Assembly: GCA_012295275.1 (NCBI GenBank)
Contig: CM022665.1
Coordinates: 1,984,001-2,048,000, forward strand
Direction of reading: 5' to 3'
Source of the DNA: Chrysomallon squamiferum
Taxonomy: Eukaryota > Animalia > Mollusca
DNA: 64,000 nt
In this document: positions 41,001-54,903 of the stretch, piece by piece
How positions within the stretch are numbered: position 1 is the stretch's first letter
How the letters are laid out: the number at the start of each line of letters is the position of its first letter
The notes under the pieces: model-generated
What the model was told of the DNA's origin: nothing
Seen by the model: only the letters and a program-made list of their open reading frames with translations
The model's database searches: none
Made by a program: the position numbers and the translations under genes

Positions 41001-44000
41001 CATGGGAAAATGAAAATCTATAACGTAGGTTGTGGGACGCCAAGATGTGCACTTTATCATGGAAATTGATGTAAATGAAAATCCTATATTTTCTATTGAT
41101 TTATCATAGGAACGAGTGATCAATAGCACAAATATTTGATTCTGTCTGCAATACTAGCAATAAGAAAAGAAACACTTTAAGTAAAAACAAACAGGAGTAA
41201 TCTTCACTAAGAATCATAAGCAATGAGAATTTCTGTGTTAGGTAGATGGCGATTGTTTTTGACAAGAGAAATGTTCATGCATGCTTGTTGTGGTTGTAAT
41301 CTCTGACTTAGTTCAGAACTAAACAGATATGTGATGATGATGTGTAGGTAAATTTCTTTAGTATTAATTTTGTGCTCGAGTGCACTTGAAAGTGTTAGTG
41401 TGTGTGTGCATGTGACACTCTTACAAAAACAAATTTTAAATCATAATTCACCTTTATATGTTAAGAAGTTTAATATTAAAATGTTCTTGTTTTATACTCC
41501 ATGCAGACAGCATATGACACAAGTTTAATCTGTGAATAAGAAACTATAAAAATTTTATAACCCATTCATGAAACAAAAGTGAACATAAGTGACCTAGCAC
41601 CTGGGTGTGCACCTAAAAACAGACAGAAATAAAGATGTCAGTGTTTAACCTGAATGAAAACACAAAGAACTGCATGTTGTAGTGGTGACAATATCGCCTG
41701 TCTCTGAGAATAACATTTGCAACATGCAGAGTTGATTATTGTTTTTCAAGTCTGCAAATCCCTTATTAATCCTAACTGTAAATACCTTCTCAGCATTACC
41801 TGGAAGAATTATCTATCTTTTACCTGCTGAACCTGGAAATAAGGTAATTTACCACACACACATGTGATAAAGTCTGTATAAAACTGAGAATCAAAAATTA
41901 GGTGAAAATTTCACATTATAATAATTTTTCTAGGCACTGAATAATCATACAGAGATTGTTTGATAACACTGGACCCTGGAAGTGACATTAAAAAGCAGAA
42001 GCATGAAGACATAAAAATATGGTGCAGAAGAAGGGTGAGCCATTACAAAGTGGAGAAAGCTAGTCTACAAAGTGTTATGGTTGTCTACACCAATTACAGA
42101 TGGCTATAATGTGGTGTCTTGCAGCTTTCATGACACACAGACTTCAATAAAATTTACATCAGACCTGATCGTAAAACAGAAACTCAAGTCTATTTTAACA
42201 GTCTCTTCATGTCACTCATACATACCAGCTCAGTAATGTGGTCAGTATGTAGGTATAGTCGTTACTTTAGCCCCCATTCAAAAAAAGAATTTCACTCTGT
42301 CACAGTTGACTGCGTTCAGTATACTTTACATGATTTTACAATCTACTGAAATGTAGCTTTAATGAGTATTCACCATCCACATCATTTCCTCCTTAACACA
42401 GCCTTAATGCCAAGTGACCATGAACTGCTGGGCAATATGGACATCTTGACATATCACATGTCGTCAATAGTGACTTTTATAACTATTCGATGGACTGGCC
42501 AGGTGGGCCTGCTGTCACTAAAAATCTTAAAAGCTCAGCCTACTCACCTATTGATTTTATAACAGTGTTACAAAAGTTTTAATGGCACAAACACAAAGTG
42601 GTCCATAATGTGAGATTAGCATTCATTTAGCTTCATGTTTCAAGCACATACTGGTGGGGGGGAGAGAAAGATTGAGAGAAAGAGAAAATATTGCAGGAGA
42701 TATTAATATTTTAATATCACTTTTGTGTATTCAAAATTTGTTTACAATAAAAAAAAGAGAAAAAAAAACAACAAAAAAAATTAACTAATTTCATGTTATA
42801 ATAAAAAAATACATCTTTATCAAGTGTTATAATTTTAGAATCTTATAACATTAACACATTGTTTTATGTCAATAGAACATAAATAAGTAAATATTTCTAC
42901 CACCTAATTATATTCAACATAATTTACTTTTTATTCACAGTATAAGTAATAAAATTATTAACTGCAATGCCTATAATACAGGTAAAAAATATATTCAAAT
43001 TAATAAAAATAGAACTTGTAAAATTATGACATTAATAATAATAAAAGTATAGAATTGACATTTTTGTAATCTTAATATGACAAATGCATCACAGTTTAAT
43101 TTAAAAAAAAATTTTTTAATCAATCCGCATATTCAATATCAATTAAACTGAACCTGTATTAAATGAAAATAACAGAAAGTTTTTTTCCAGAACTGTAAAC
43201 ACTATTGAAGTATCTGGTTCATGTTAATAATTGTAATGGTTTAAGAATCTATATTTTAAAAATAAACAGAAAATAAGTAACGATACAAATTGTTCATTAC
43301 TGTTTATGAACATTCTGAGTTGGAAGTGCCTAAGACTTAATGCTCTTACTGCCTGGTTTCTGCATGGCAAAGAATGACAACTGAAGATGTGTACATTTAA
43401 CATGCACAGATAAGCTCCTACACTTTGATTTATGAACAAATAATCTCTTTGCATGTTACTGAGCTAAAACAAGTTGAACACAAAGGCTTGCAGATCAATA
43501 TATTGTTGCCTCAAGTGAAAGTGTGTTGTCTTTGCCGGCAGTAATGTAAAAGGACATTATATCTATCCAATAGCAGAACACAAAAACACTTAGCACAGAC
43601 AATTACTGAGAACAAAAACTCATCAATTTTTCTTACTGGTGTCTGCTAACAATACAAATGTTTGTTTTATATAATACACTGGTTAACTGCATCTATGCAT
43701 TGTATGTGGATGACATTAAAAACAACACTTCATTCAATAGTGATGTTGACCTGTCTTTATTTCAAGATGGCCTTTCTGCTGTGTAAATGCAATTGTCAGG
43801 TTAAATTACTTGACACTCAGCAATAGAACCAGTCAAATAGTGTACAACTAATGTACACAGTACTATTAGTGTAAGTGACAATGACAAAGAAAATAGTATT
43901 CAGCAAGACATTTATTACTACTAATAATACTAAAGATCATAAAAATAATGATGATGATGATGATAATGAAGATCATAGTAATAATAATGATGATGCTAAT

Positions 44001-45446
44001 GATTATAAGAATAAGAAAAAGAAGGGGTAGAACAAGAATTTATAAAATAATTAAGAAAATATTTTGTATAAGAGAAGCAAATTTTAAAAGAAATATATTT
44101 AAACACACACACACACTCTAGTACTTTATAGTCATGCACCTGTCAAAAACACATTGAAATCAGACTTAAAATATAAATAAATTTCTAACACTGGAAACTA
44201 TATATTTAACACACATTTTTTTTTTCTGCTGCCATATCAGCTGTATATAAAAATAACTCATTTACCCTGGTGCCTTTTTCTTCAGTTAACAAGATTCATT
44301 AACAAGATAACTCAATACCCTGTCTACCTTTATACTTCTCAATATTCAAGTAAAAAAAAACAACAACAACATTAAAAAATAACAATGTTTTTGATAACTA
44401 ATAAACAAAATACTTTCATATTTTTTATCCCTCCCTATGGTTGTCATATTTTTTTTTGAATTCCATTCTGAACACACAGACTAGCGAGACTGTAATGATG
44501 TGTGACATAATGATATGCAGAGAGTAATAAAAAGACTCCCAGTTTCCCCACCATTTACTAAGACAAAGTCGGCAGGTGTTCTAAAAGCATCTGGGGATTT
44601 CCTGGCGTTTGGCGGAGAAAAATCAATCAATCTTTCACGAAAATACCTTTAATGAACTGTCTAGGATTTACTTGCAGCTAGAAGATGTTTTTTGTTCTTG
44701 GATCACCTATGAAGAGGAAATAATTGGGTCAGTGAAATCAGTGACAGGAAACTAGCACTGATACGTGTGTGAACCAAGGCATACAGATAAACATAATGGT
44801 AGCTTTCACCGTAATTTTAAAATACTCATGACTCATTTGTCAGGTGTTTTTTTCTTTTTCTTTTTTTTTCTTTTCTTTTTATATATACAGATTATCTAAA
44901 CCAATTTGTACAAATCTGTATGTGTCCGTTTTATTCTGAAAGTTAACATGTGTATATATAAATCTGAAAAAAACCAATTGGTAATTAAATCAGAAATTTA
45001 TGTCATCTTATAATATATTTTTTGGTTAATTCCTGAAGACTAAATAGAATATATTAATGTGTTTAAAACAGATACAATGGCTGGAAGAGGCATAGAATGG
45101 CTTTGAGTGCACTAAGGCAAACAGATCATACAAGCCATTACACCTTAGTCCAGAGTTGTACAATCACGTTCTTCTTCACCAAACCAAAGTGGTTGTTCAC
45201 TAACCTATTTTCTTGTCCTTGACAGACAAATTCAGACTTATGGATTACCTGAACTACAAACTATACTTCAGCTTTAATTGACTAGAACAAACCAAAAATA
45301 TCCAAATCTTTCCACTAATACTTTAAGCTGCTTTATTTAAATAAAACTAATTAAAATGATATTATATATAAATAATTATATTAAGTTCATCATATTTTTT
45401 CTCTTTTTCACTATTTAGAATAGATTATAATTTCTTTAAATAAATT

Positions 45447-45447
<1 letters not shown>

Positions 45448-45493
<46 letters not shown>
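45448..45493. repeat. (GT)n microsatellite
   Basis: Seen directly. Confidence 0.97.
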
Positions 45494-45494
<1 letters not shown>

Positions 45495-46696
45495 AGTGTT
45501 GTTTGTTTTGATTACATATCCATTTTTATTTTTGTGGAAGGGCATCTATTACACTCTGTTATTTACACAACCTAATTATTTGACAATACACATAACATAT
45601 AATAACAAAGTATTGAAAAAAGAGAGAGAAAGAGAATTACAGTGGTTCTAATGACTGTATGATTGTTTAATGAACTAATGACCAGTAGATTACCCTGGCC
45701 ACTCACAAAGAAAAAGAAAACTAAGTGAAGAGGTGTACCCAAAGGGAGATAGCAGCCTGTCCCACTGTTTCCCAGCATCTAGACCATTAACATGTGAAAC
45801 AACTGACCCTCCTCCCTTATCCAGGTCAGGAGATATCTAATCAGCCACATGAGTTAGTTGAAGCAAATTAAAAAATGCCTAATGGCTGTGTTTAATTCCT
45901 GTCAGCTGTTGGAATCTCCTGAAGAGGGCATCCCAGCTATGGAGTAATTAGCCAAGAACAATACATGTATTTCAACCCCACAAACAAACAAGCTTAAAGA
46001 AACAGTTTGGTTGTGACATCAAGTGTAAATCCTCTCTTTTAAAAATATTCAGAGATCATCTTACACACCATTAGAAGACAGACTGCTAAATTCTCCTTTC
46101 TTCCAGTTAAGATGATTTCAAAAACATTTAAATTCCTTTTCTCTCTCCCAGTATTATCATGCTATTGTTTGAGTGTGCTATCATAGACATGCATTTCTCT
46201 CCTGGAAAGATGACTAAATTAACAATTATTAAAAATTTAAAATTTGATATTAAAACATCTTATAAAAAAACACACATTTAAATGGATATTCTATACAAAA
46301 TATCTAGTGTTAAAATTAGGCATACACATTCATCAAACTACATTTTAATAAGGAAAGGAAGATGGGAAAAAAAAAAGAAAATCATATTATTATATTTTAT
46401 ATAATTAACTATTGACGTTTGGAAAAAATTTAATTATCTTTAAGAAAACTTAATTTTTTTTTTTGTAATGTTGTTTTGCCTTGGCTGTTTTTGATTACTA
46501 AAATGACTTATTTTGAAGAAATGATCTGGACACGAGAGGCCGAAGATAAACACACTTTGTTTAATACAAGTCTTCTCAGTTAGCACATTGCGAGATGCTG
46601 CCATCTCATTCCAATCAAAATTGCACACTCAATTTCTGACATGTCTTCCAAAACAAGGTCATATGAACCCAAGATTATGATCAAATTATCATGGTT

Positions 46697-46736
46697 TGAT
46701 GGATAAATCAGAAATTGACGGGAATCAGTGATGGAT
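46697..46736. promoter_or_regulatory. Cluster of three Pbx-Hox type (TGATNNAT) sites
   Basis: TGATGGAT 46697-46704, overlapping minus-strand TGATTTAT 46703-46710, and TGATGGAT 46729-46736, in a CpG-retaining island. Confidence 0.35.
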
Positions 46737-49700
46737 AGTGCCACCCAGACAACCCAACGATATCTCGTCGACATTGATCATGACTTCAGTCCAAATTGGA
46801 CTCTGGCAGCAATTTCATAACCATCACGTCAGGTCAGGCAGTCTTGAGGAGGGGAATGTTGGCATATCTTTACATGGAGAGATATTGCTCAATTTGTTGT
46901 TGCTCAGTTCTTTTCTCTTTTCTGGTTTTTTTTTCTTTTTTTTTTTTTTTTTGTTGTGAATTTCACAGAAAATGTTTAAAAGCATGACTTGTTGGCTGAG
47001 GTTTTTCAAGTGGAATACAAAAGTTTGTCAATAATCCAATAATAACATTAACAATAAATAAAATAAATAATTATAAACAAAATGGAAAAAAAAAAAAAAA
47101 AAAAAAAAATAGAATTAATGAAATGATATTAATTAATTAACAAAAAATATTCAGAACACGTTTTTGTATTAAAACTCGATGGTGATTGTAAGAACAACTA
47201 GTACAGAATAAAAATAATAAAAATTGATCTCTAGAAATGAGAAATTACAATTTTCTTTTAAATAATGTATTATACATAAACAATTTTCTTGTTTTCATAA
47301 GATAACCATAATCACCTGACATTAAATATTTACAACATGACTGTTTAATAATTAGTGCACTTGAGCTGTGTAGCAAACTGGTAAAAACAAGCAGCAATCG
47401 ACTGTGTCAGAGAGTGAGCTTGTTACTCTGTGAGACTTCGGGGTATATTTAGCTAATACTGTTATAGTAACACATTATACTGAACCTCTTCCCAGCACAT
47501 AATAGAAATACACACCAGTGTGTTTTCCCCAGAGTGCAGAGGTGTTATTTTCAATTTAACTCCTCCCTACTATTACCACCATCATAATAGTGGGGGTAAT
47601 ATATCAATATTTCTTTTTTCAAACGTAATAAGGAATGTTTATGTTTCATAGAATTATCTTGTATTAAAATTTTACATCAATGTTTATTTTATAAGCTTTT
47701 ACAAATAATATTACGAAGAATAACATTTTATTCATAAATAATGTGTTTTCAATAGATAAAATAAAACTTAGTATATATTATTTAAATCAGCTTGAAACAA
47801 CAGAGAACTGTTATAATAAATATTGAAACTATAACAGTTAATTGAAATAGTTTTAAATTTTAAACTATCAATAAAATATTTATTTAAAATAATATTTTAA
47901 TCTCAGTTTTGAATCAGATATGACAGTGTTTATTAATAAATTTGGTATCTAAAATTCTAAGGGTTTTTCGTCATCATTTTTTTTCACCAGTAAATTCCAT
48001 GTATGTATGTGAAATAAGAATTGACTAAAAACTGTACATCGCATCATTTTAATTAGAAATTTGGTCAATTTGTGAAGTGTACTACGCAATGTCACTGGCA
48101 AATTTCCACAGGGTTTTCAAGCTGAAAATCACAGATGTGCTCTGAAAAGCTTGGTCCCCTGACCCAATGCCGACTTTTCATGTGTAAAATATGTGCCAAC
48201 AAATGATGCTGGCCGTTTTTGCAGATTTCCATTGTGTGCAATCCCAGAGCAACTTGGCTTTAATGTGATGTACCAAGATACACTAGTTGTTGTTGCCTTT
48301 CCCAGTAGTAATGCACAACTATTCAAGTGTGAACAGAAAGGGGAAGTCTGTGTGTTCACTGAGTTGAATATGGAAATTGTACTCAAAATAACAAGCAAGG
48401 TCAAAACTGTGATGTTATACTTGCTGAGTAATCCAGAAAAAAGACGACGAGAATACCCATAAAAAAAAACTTATACTTAAAATTATTACTTTTACAACTT
48501 AAAATTTTGACAAAAAAATATGTTTTTAAAAGAATAATAAAATATTATATTAATTCATTTATACACATGTATGAATGTCCTTTTTGAATCTTTAAATCTG
48601 TTTTTTTTTAAAAAGAATAAAAAATTTGCATCACTACCAAAAACACTGTCACACAGGGCTACACCTTTCTACAACTGTTAAATTGTATTATTATATTTAA
48701 TTACTATTAATATTAATACTGCTTAGACTATTATTAATATCAAATAAAAAGTTAATTATTATTCAGATCACATTCACAACAATTTTTATTTTTAAAATTT
48801 CAACAATGTTAAGAAAGTGTATAATCCTGCAGGTGTTTTAAAAATACAGGTAAAAACACCTTTTCATTCACGTACGATGTTTTTGTGGTTTTTCTCTACA
48901 ATATGCACGTTTTATTCTGTTTTTTAAAAGGTGTAAAATAAATCTTCTGCAAATAAGATCCACCTTTTTTCTTCAAAGAACAATAAACTGTTCATTCCAT
49001 AACAGTCCTTTTAAATCGTTTGGAAATTGCCACCACTTGGATGCCGTGAAACACTGAAAACCTTGCAAACTTACTGTGTTATTAGATTACAGGGCCCACA
49101 AAAGTGACAAAGGTTTATGTGAACAAACCTCATAAAAAATTCACCATTAGAACTCTAGAGTATTTCTGTGAGAAATGCAAATGCCCTGTGATCTGATGAC
49201 TGATTCACACCAACAACGTCAGTGTATCTGTTCATCCCAGAACTATGGCAAAAATGTTATCTTTAGTCAGCTATGATAATTACACAATTAAAATTTAAAC
49301 AGCTTGTGTGAATTTGAGAAGCTGTGGTGTGGGCAAGACACAAACACTGATGCTACATCACAATAAAACCCCACCAGTGTCTTCCACAACAGAAAAAAAA
49401 TGTAAATTCTGTTTTATTTTATTTAATATTTTTGGAGAATGTTTTGTTTAATAAGTGATAATGAATTATGATAATCCTCTATATAGTCCAGCTGTATGTT
49501 CATTTTAATTTGATCTTTATATATTTTTTTTAATGAAATATTGCAATTAATTATATCTTTATAGTTCTATAAACAGGAAATATTCTTGAAAAAAAAAGAA
49601 ATAAATAAAAACCAGACAGCAGTAACAGTAACAAAAAGATTATATCTAATGAAAATAATATCAACTTTAAAAAAAATAGATAAATAAAAATGCAGTTTAA

Positions 49701-51476
49701 TTGTTTAGAACGAAATAAAATTTTAAATTAATTAAACATTTAAAAAAAAATCTTAGTACTGAAATCTAGAGATAAATTTCAAACTACTATAACTTCTGAT
49801 ATAAACTACTATATAACCTGATATATTTCACAGAACTGCTCAAGATTTCCCAATTAAATTAAATATTAATTATCTAAAAATGAGTGGAATTTGGTTTTAA
49901 TCTTAGTAGATCAATGATTACTGTGACATTATTGTTGTCTTCTTTCTGCAATGCAACACAGTATGTGTGTATGTATGTCTGTCTGTGTGTGTGTGTATGT
50001 CTCCCTGTGTGTGTCAGAATGATAGTCTAAATAAAGTGTAACTTCTCTTTCTGTTAAAAACCAAACAGATCAAGTTATATAAATTCATTTACATGTGATA
50101 AATTATTATATATGGATTTTGTCAACAGTAACTATATCTATAGTTGTTTTTTTTAAATATTCTCTGAATAACATATATAAAAAGTAATAAAAATAAAGTA
50201 ATTGAAATAGGTTGGATACTTTTGATGGAAACCAATTCACCATGATATAATTTTGCTCTTGAAATCATATCACAAAAAAAAGGCAATTTCTTCCCAAAGT
50301 AAGATTATAAATTGAGTTTCACTGCATGAAAGAAAGGGGTAGGTGAGTATCTTTTGTCTGAAGGAAGGTCTTCATCTTTTCATTTAACATTGTTGCTGGT
50401 GCTGGCAATCATCATAGTATTCTCCAAGATAGCAAAGTACATGATGACAATCCATGAAAACCAGCGAGGGGTCGAAATTTTGTACTACAGAGTAAAGGTG
50501 TAAAAAAAAGAAAAAAATGCAGACTGAAACCTCTTCATATCTTTAATATAAAGTGTGGAAATGAGGCACAAAAGCATGAAGATGAAAGATGAAGGGTATT
50601 TAACAGGTAATATACCAACTCTATGGGAAAGCAATTCTCTGTATCTGTATCTGCCCCCCTTGCTATAGAAATGATTGGAGCACATTTCACGGTGTGCGAA
50701 GTGACAAAGATGGCTTTATGTGCCTTTCTCAACTGACAGGTGTTGCACTGTACAATAAGTCAACTCATGAATACCCGCTTTCCACTAAGAAGTTTGCTCT
50801 AGCGAGAAAAGTAAACTAACAATTTAGCTTGTGGATTTGTTCCCCTCATTCTTCATCCCTTCTGTTGTTCTCAGGTCACGACTTCTCCCTTTCTCAAGCA
50901 TTTAACATTATGACCCATGCAGGTAATTCTTTTTAACATATATATGACAAGGTTCTATCCAAGACTCACAGAATGTTGACAGAATTAATTTGCAAACAGA
51001 TCAACTTATTAAGACTGGTTTCTAAACACCTTGGGCAGGAACTTCACAAACTAGGCTTGTCAATAGACACAAACGTCAAAATCAAATAGGGGACTTCAAA
51101 ATATACTACAGAGAACAAGTTAGGGAACAATAATATCTACAGTAAAAGTGTTTACCACATACTACCTTTATGTTACCAGTAAAAAACAAATAATATACAC
51201 ACACAGTTTGTAACAGAAGATAAACAAAAGACAACAGAAGGAAGTATTTCTTGTCAGTCAGAGAAATGTTAATCATGTCATGTTTTGTCAGTGAAAATAT
51301 AAAAAAAAGTTATAAATTAATTTTAAAATTTATGCCAAAGGAACACATAACATTACACACACACCTAAACACAAACATACAAAAATCATTTTTTTTAACA
51401 CAGAATTTAAATATTTGAATTTGATTACACACACACACACATATATATATATATTAGCAAATTCTATGTATATATA

Positions 51477-51750
51477 ATATATAAACAAAAGATTAATATA
51501 AATTTTATATGCTTATTCCTCTTCTTATGATTCCCACCCCCACAAATATATTTTATTTACAAAGCCTTGTATTACATATATAGATGAGTTTTGTCAGGTG
51601 TGTGTATATATATATATATATATATAAACAAAAGATTAATATAAATTTTATATGCTTATTCCTCTTCTTATAGTAATGAAAAATGGTCCCCCCCCCAAAT
51701 TTATTTTTTATTTTTAAATCCTTTTATTACTTACATAGATGAGTTTTGTC
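51477..51750. repeat. Local tandem duplication, about 143-155 bp period
   Basis: An identical block of about 52 bp at 51477-51528 and 51620-51671. ATAGATGAGTTTTGTC at 51580 and 51735. Confidence 0.9.
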
Positions 51751-54700
51751 TCAGAAAACATTAAAACACAATTAGAAACTGGATTCTGTTACTGGCCATT
51801 TCACAGACAAAATAAAGTTAAAGCTTTTGAAAAGTTTACATTTAACACAACAGTAAACAAATATTGCTGTACCCAGTACCTGGTAATAATTCTATCATTT
51901 TTTACCAATATCTATTATGTTGAACGTTTAAAGAGTTTTATTGTCATTTTGAGGATTGTAATGAAATAATAAACAAAATAATTCAGGACAAAGTATATGC
52001 TGTTAATCCTGTTAAGTATATAAAAGAATAAATCAATGGATTTCTGTCATAATGAGGAAATCTACAATTTACATCTTTGTTTTAGAGATATCACTTTTTT
52101 CTTTGTCCTACAAATTATTTAACTGACAGATCTGAAAGGCTTTATTAAACAATGTTCACAGAATCACTAAGGGAATTTTTAAAAGGTCAAATGGCCAACA
52201 AAACAAAATATTTAATTCTGTTGAGACTGCAGTACCAACCCTATTCACAACATTACTGAAATGAATATTATCCTTGGAATTTTTAAATTCAGAATAAATT
52301 TATATGAAAACAAATGTGACAGAAATATTCTGAATATCTAAATAATTCATAAATAATATAAACACCATTTCATTAAAAATATTGTATAAGAAAAAAGTTG
52401 AAAAAAATAAAAATAAAAAAACCATAAAAAAAAACAACAACTGAAAATTCCACTACATTATTTTCTCACACAGTGTGAACATGATTCCGGCTTTAAGATT
52501 TGGTTTGTTATCAGGCCACAGCTTAGAAATTCATTTGGCTGAAACAATTTGCCACATTAGTATCCAGTGTCTGTCACCTCCACCAACCCTTTTTTCAAGC
52601 TTGCTAATTCAAAGATGGCCGACATGCATCATGAAATGGATGTGTCTTATGCGAGGTGATACTTTAGCCTTGCTGCATCACTTACTCCAACAATTGTCCA
52701 GCTAAGTATTCTGCTCTTTGCCATCAACATACATTTGCTTCACTCTTAATTTGATTATTTCACGATAGTCCAACACAATAGTATGAAGTGCTTCAGTTAC
52801 CAAATGTTCAGCCATTACTGACATCAGTGGGTAGGATTTAATTCTGACAAAGATTTGTACTAACGTTTCAAAGTACTAATAGAAAAAAATACACTGAGAA
52901 ATAATGTATTTTTGAAGGGGAGGGGAACTTTTGTTTATATTTTTATAATTATTACCATTCAGAAAATAATTTAATTTTTTTAAATAACATTTTATCCCCT
53001 CTTTATCCCTGTAGTTATTAAAAATGTTTAAAGATAATGGCAGATTTAATTGGATTAAACAAAGTACTGCGTGAAGGGAAAGGAAGATAAGTTAAAACAA
53101 CATCTGTATAAGTGAACTACTGAAAATTTATCACTGACATTAATTTAAATATACTGGCACTTAATAAACAGATTTGAGTATGAAGACAATCATTTCTTTT
53201 AAGATGTAAATCATTTGTCATTATCTAATATCTCCATAAATAAAAAGAAAAAAAAAAAAAAAAGAGAGAGAGAGAGAAAAAAAACGTCTTGCTAAAAAAG
53301 ACGTATTGATTTTTATTCAGAACAGATTTCTTTTTAATTTAAAGTAATCAAAGATTATATTAGAAAAAAAAAAAATTAATTAGAGAAAAAAAAATATTTT
53401 AATTTTTTTTCTTTTTTTTTAAACGTTTCTGGATTACCGCAGGTATCAAAGAGTTATTGCAATAGCTGTCAAGTTGAATGGCAAAGAACAGCATGTCATT
53501 GAAGCATACTGTTAAACCCCATGGGCCTATCAGCAAATGTAAAGTTCATTACTTTTTAATAATGCACGAAACCCTCCAAACAGTGCAATTTCTGCACCAC
53601 TATTTCAGAAGTTCCAATATCCCGTGTAAGTCTGTTACACTGTGCACACAATGCAAGTTTCTGTCTTTTTTTTAACCTGGTGTTTGCATGAATGCCTCAT
53701 TTAATGCCCTATTACCTTTTATCACTACAATAGACTTTCTCACAACACATTCAGTCAGATACACGCCCATGATGGATGGCTTTATACATAAAAAGAACTT
53801 CAGTATCCTTAATCAGTGTGTTATAGTCATCATTTATTTTACAGTCACTACCCTCAGATGAAAACAAATAAAACATGTCCACAACTGCTACTAATATACA
53901 TTTTTTTTTTTTTAATCTCAACTTTTATTAATTAATTGATTAACTGGATAATGTAATATGTGTTTAATTTAAGTTAATTTTAAATTTTTTATTTATTTGT
54001 TATTAAATAATCATTGTAATATTTGTTTATTTATTTATTTATAATTTATTTATTTTTGTATTTATTATTATTATTTTTATTATTATTACTATTATTATTA
54101 TTATTAATTTATTTTTTTATATTTAAATGAAATTTAAAAATAAAACTTGAAAAAATAACTAAACCAGTGACAATTTTAACAAAATATTAAAAAATAATTA
54201 ACAATCTATTAAAATTATTTTTTATATTTAGCTACTGTTTCATAGTAATATTTTTTTTTTGATTTTTAACCTAATAATTTGTATTTAAATTTCAAAGTAA
54301 CAAAAAAATAAAATATTTCAGTTATTTTCACTATATTTATACTTTTTATTTTTATTATTATTTATTTTTTTTTTGATGATGATGATGATAAAATTATTGA
54401 GTTCATTAACTATCATTATTTTAATATTATAACTGAGATAAATAATAGTTTTGTAACTATAATTATTTTAAAAATTAGTTATAACTACTACTACTACTAC
54501 TAATAATAATGAAGTTTACTGGAAAAACTATTATATCTAATCGGAGGGGGGAAAAAAAAGAAGAATCAACAGAAAATGTAATAAAAGAAGGGTGATAACT
54601 CTAAAGATACATACATATTAATATTTAAAACATAATGTCACAAATAAATGTAATTTAATAATATAATAATTATGAATTTTGAAAAATTGTGCATGTATAT

Positions 54701-54857
54701 AAAATTATAAATAATTCTGACTAATAATACACTGATTTAAATTTGAAAATAAAATTATGAATGACTTAAAATGACGATCTACATTAAAATCTCTAATTTA
54801 TTAAGTGTCTTTTTCACTTGACATTTTAATAATAAAATTTCTAAAATATAGCCTGTA

Positions 54858-54860
<3 letters not shown>

Positions 54861-54903
<43 letters not shown>
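54861..54903. repeat. (TAA)n microsatellite
   Basis: Seen directly. Confidence 0.95.

Noticed and set aside
48151-48172. TTGGTCCCCT resembling the start of miR-133
   Set aside because: The match stops after 10 nt and no hairpin partner is visible.
48831-48861. AGGTGTTTT/AAAACACCT inverted repeat as a MITE end or terminator
   Set aside because: Only 9 bp and AT-rich, with no target-site duplication; expected by chance.
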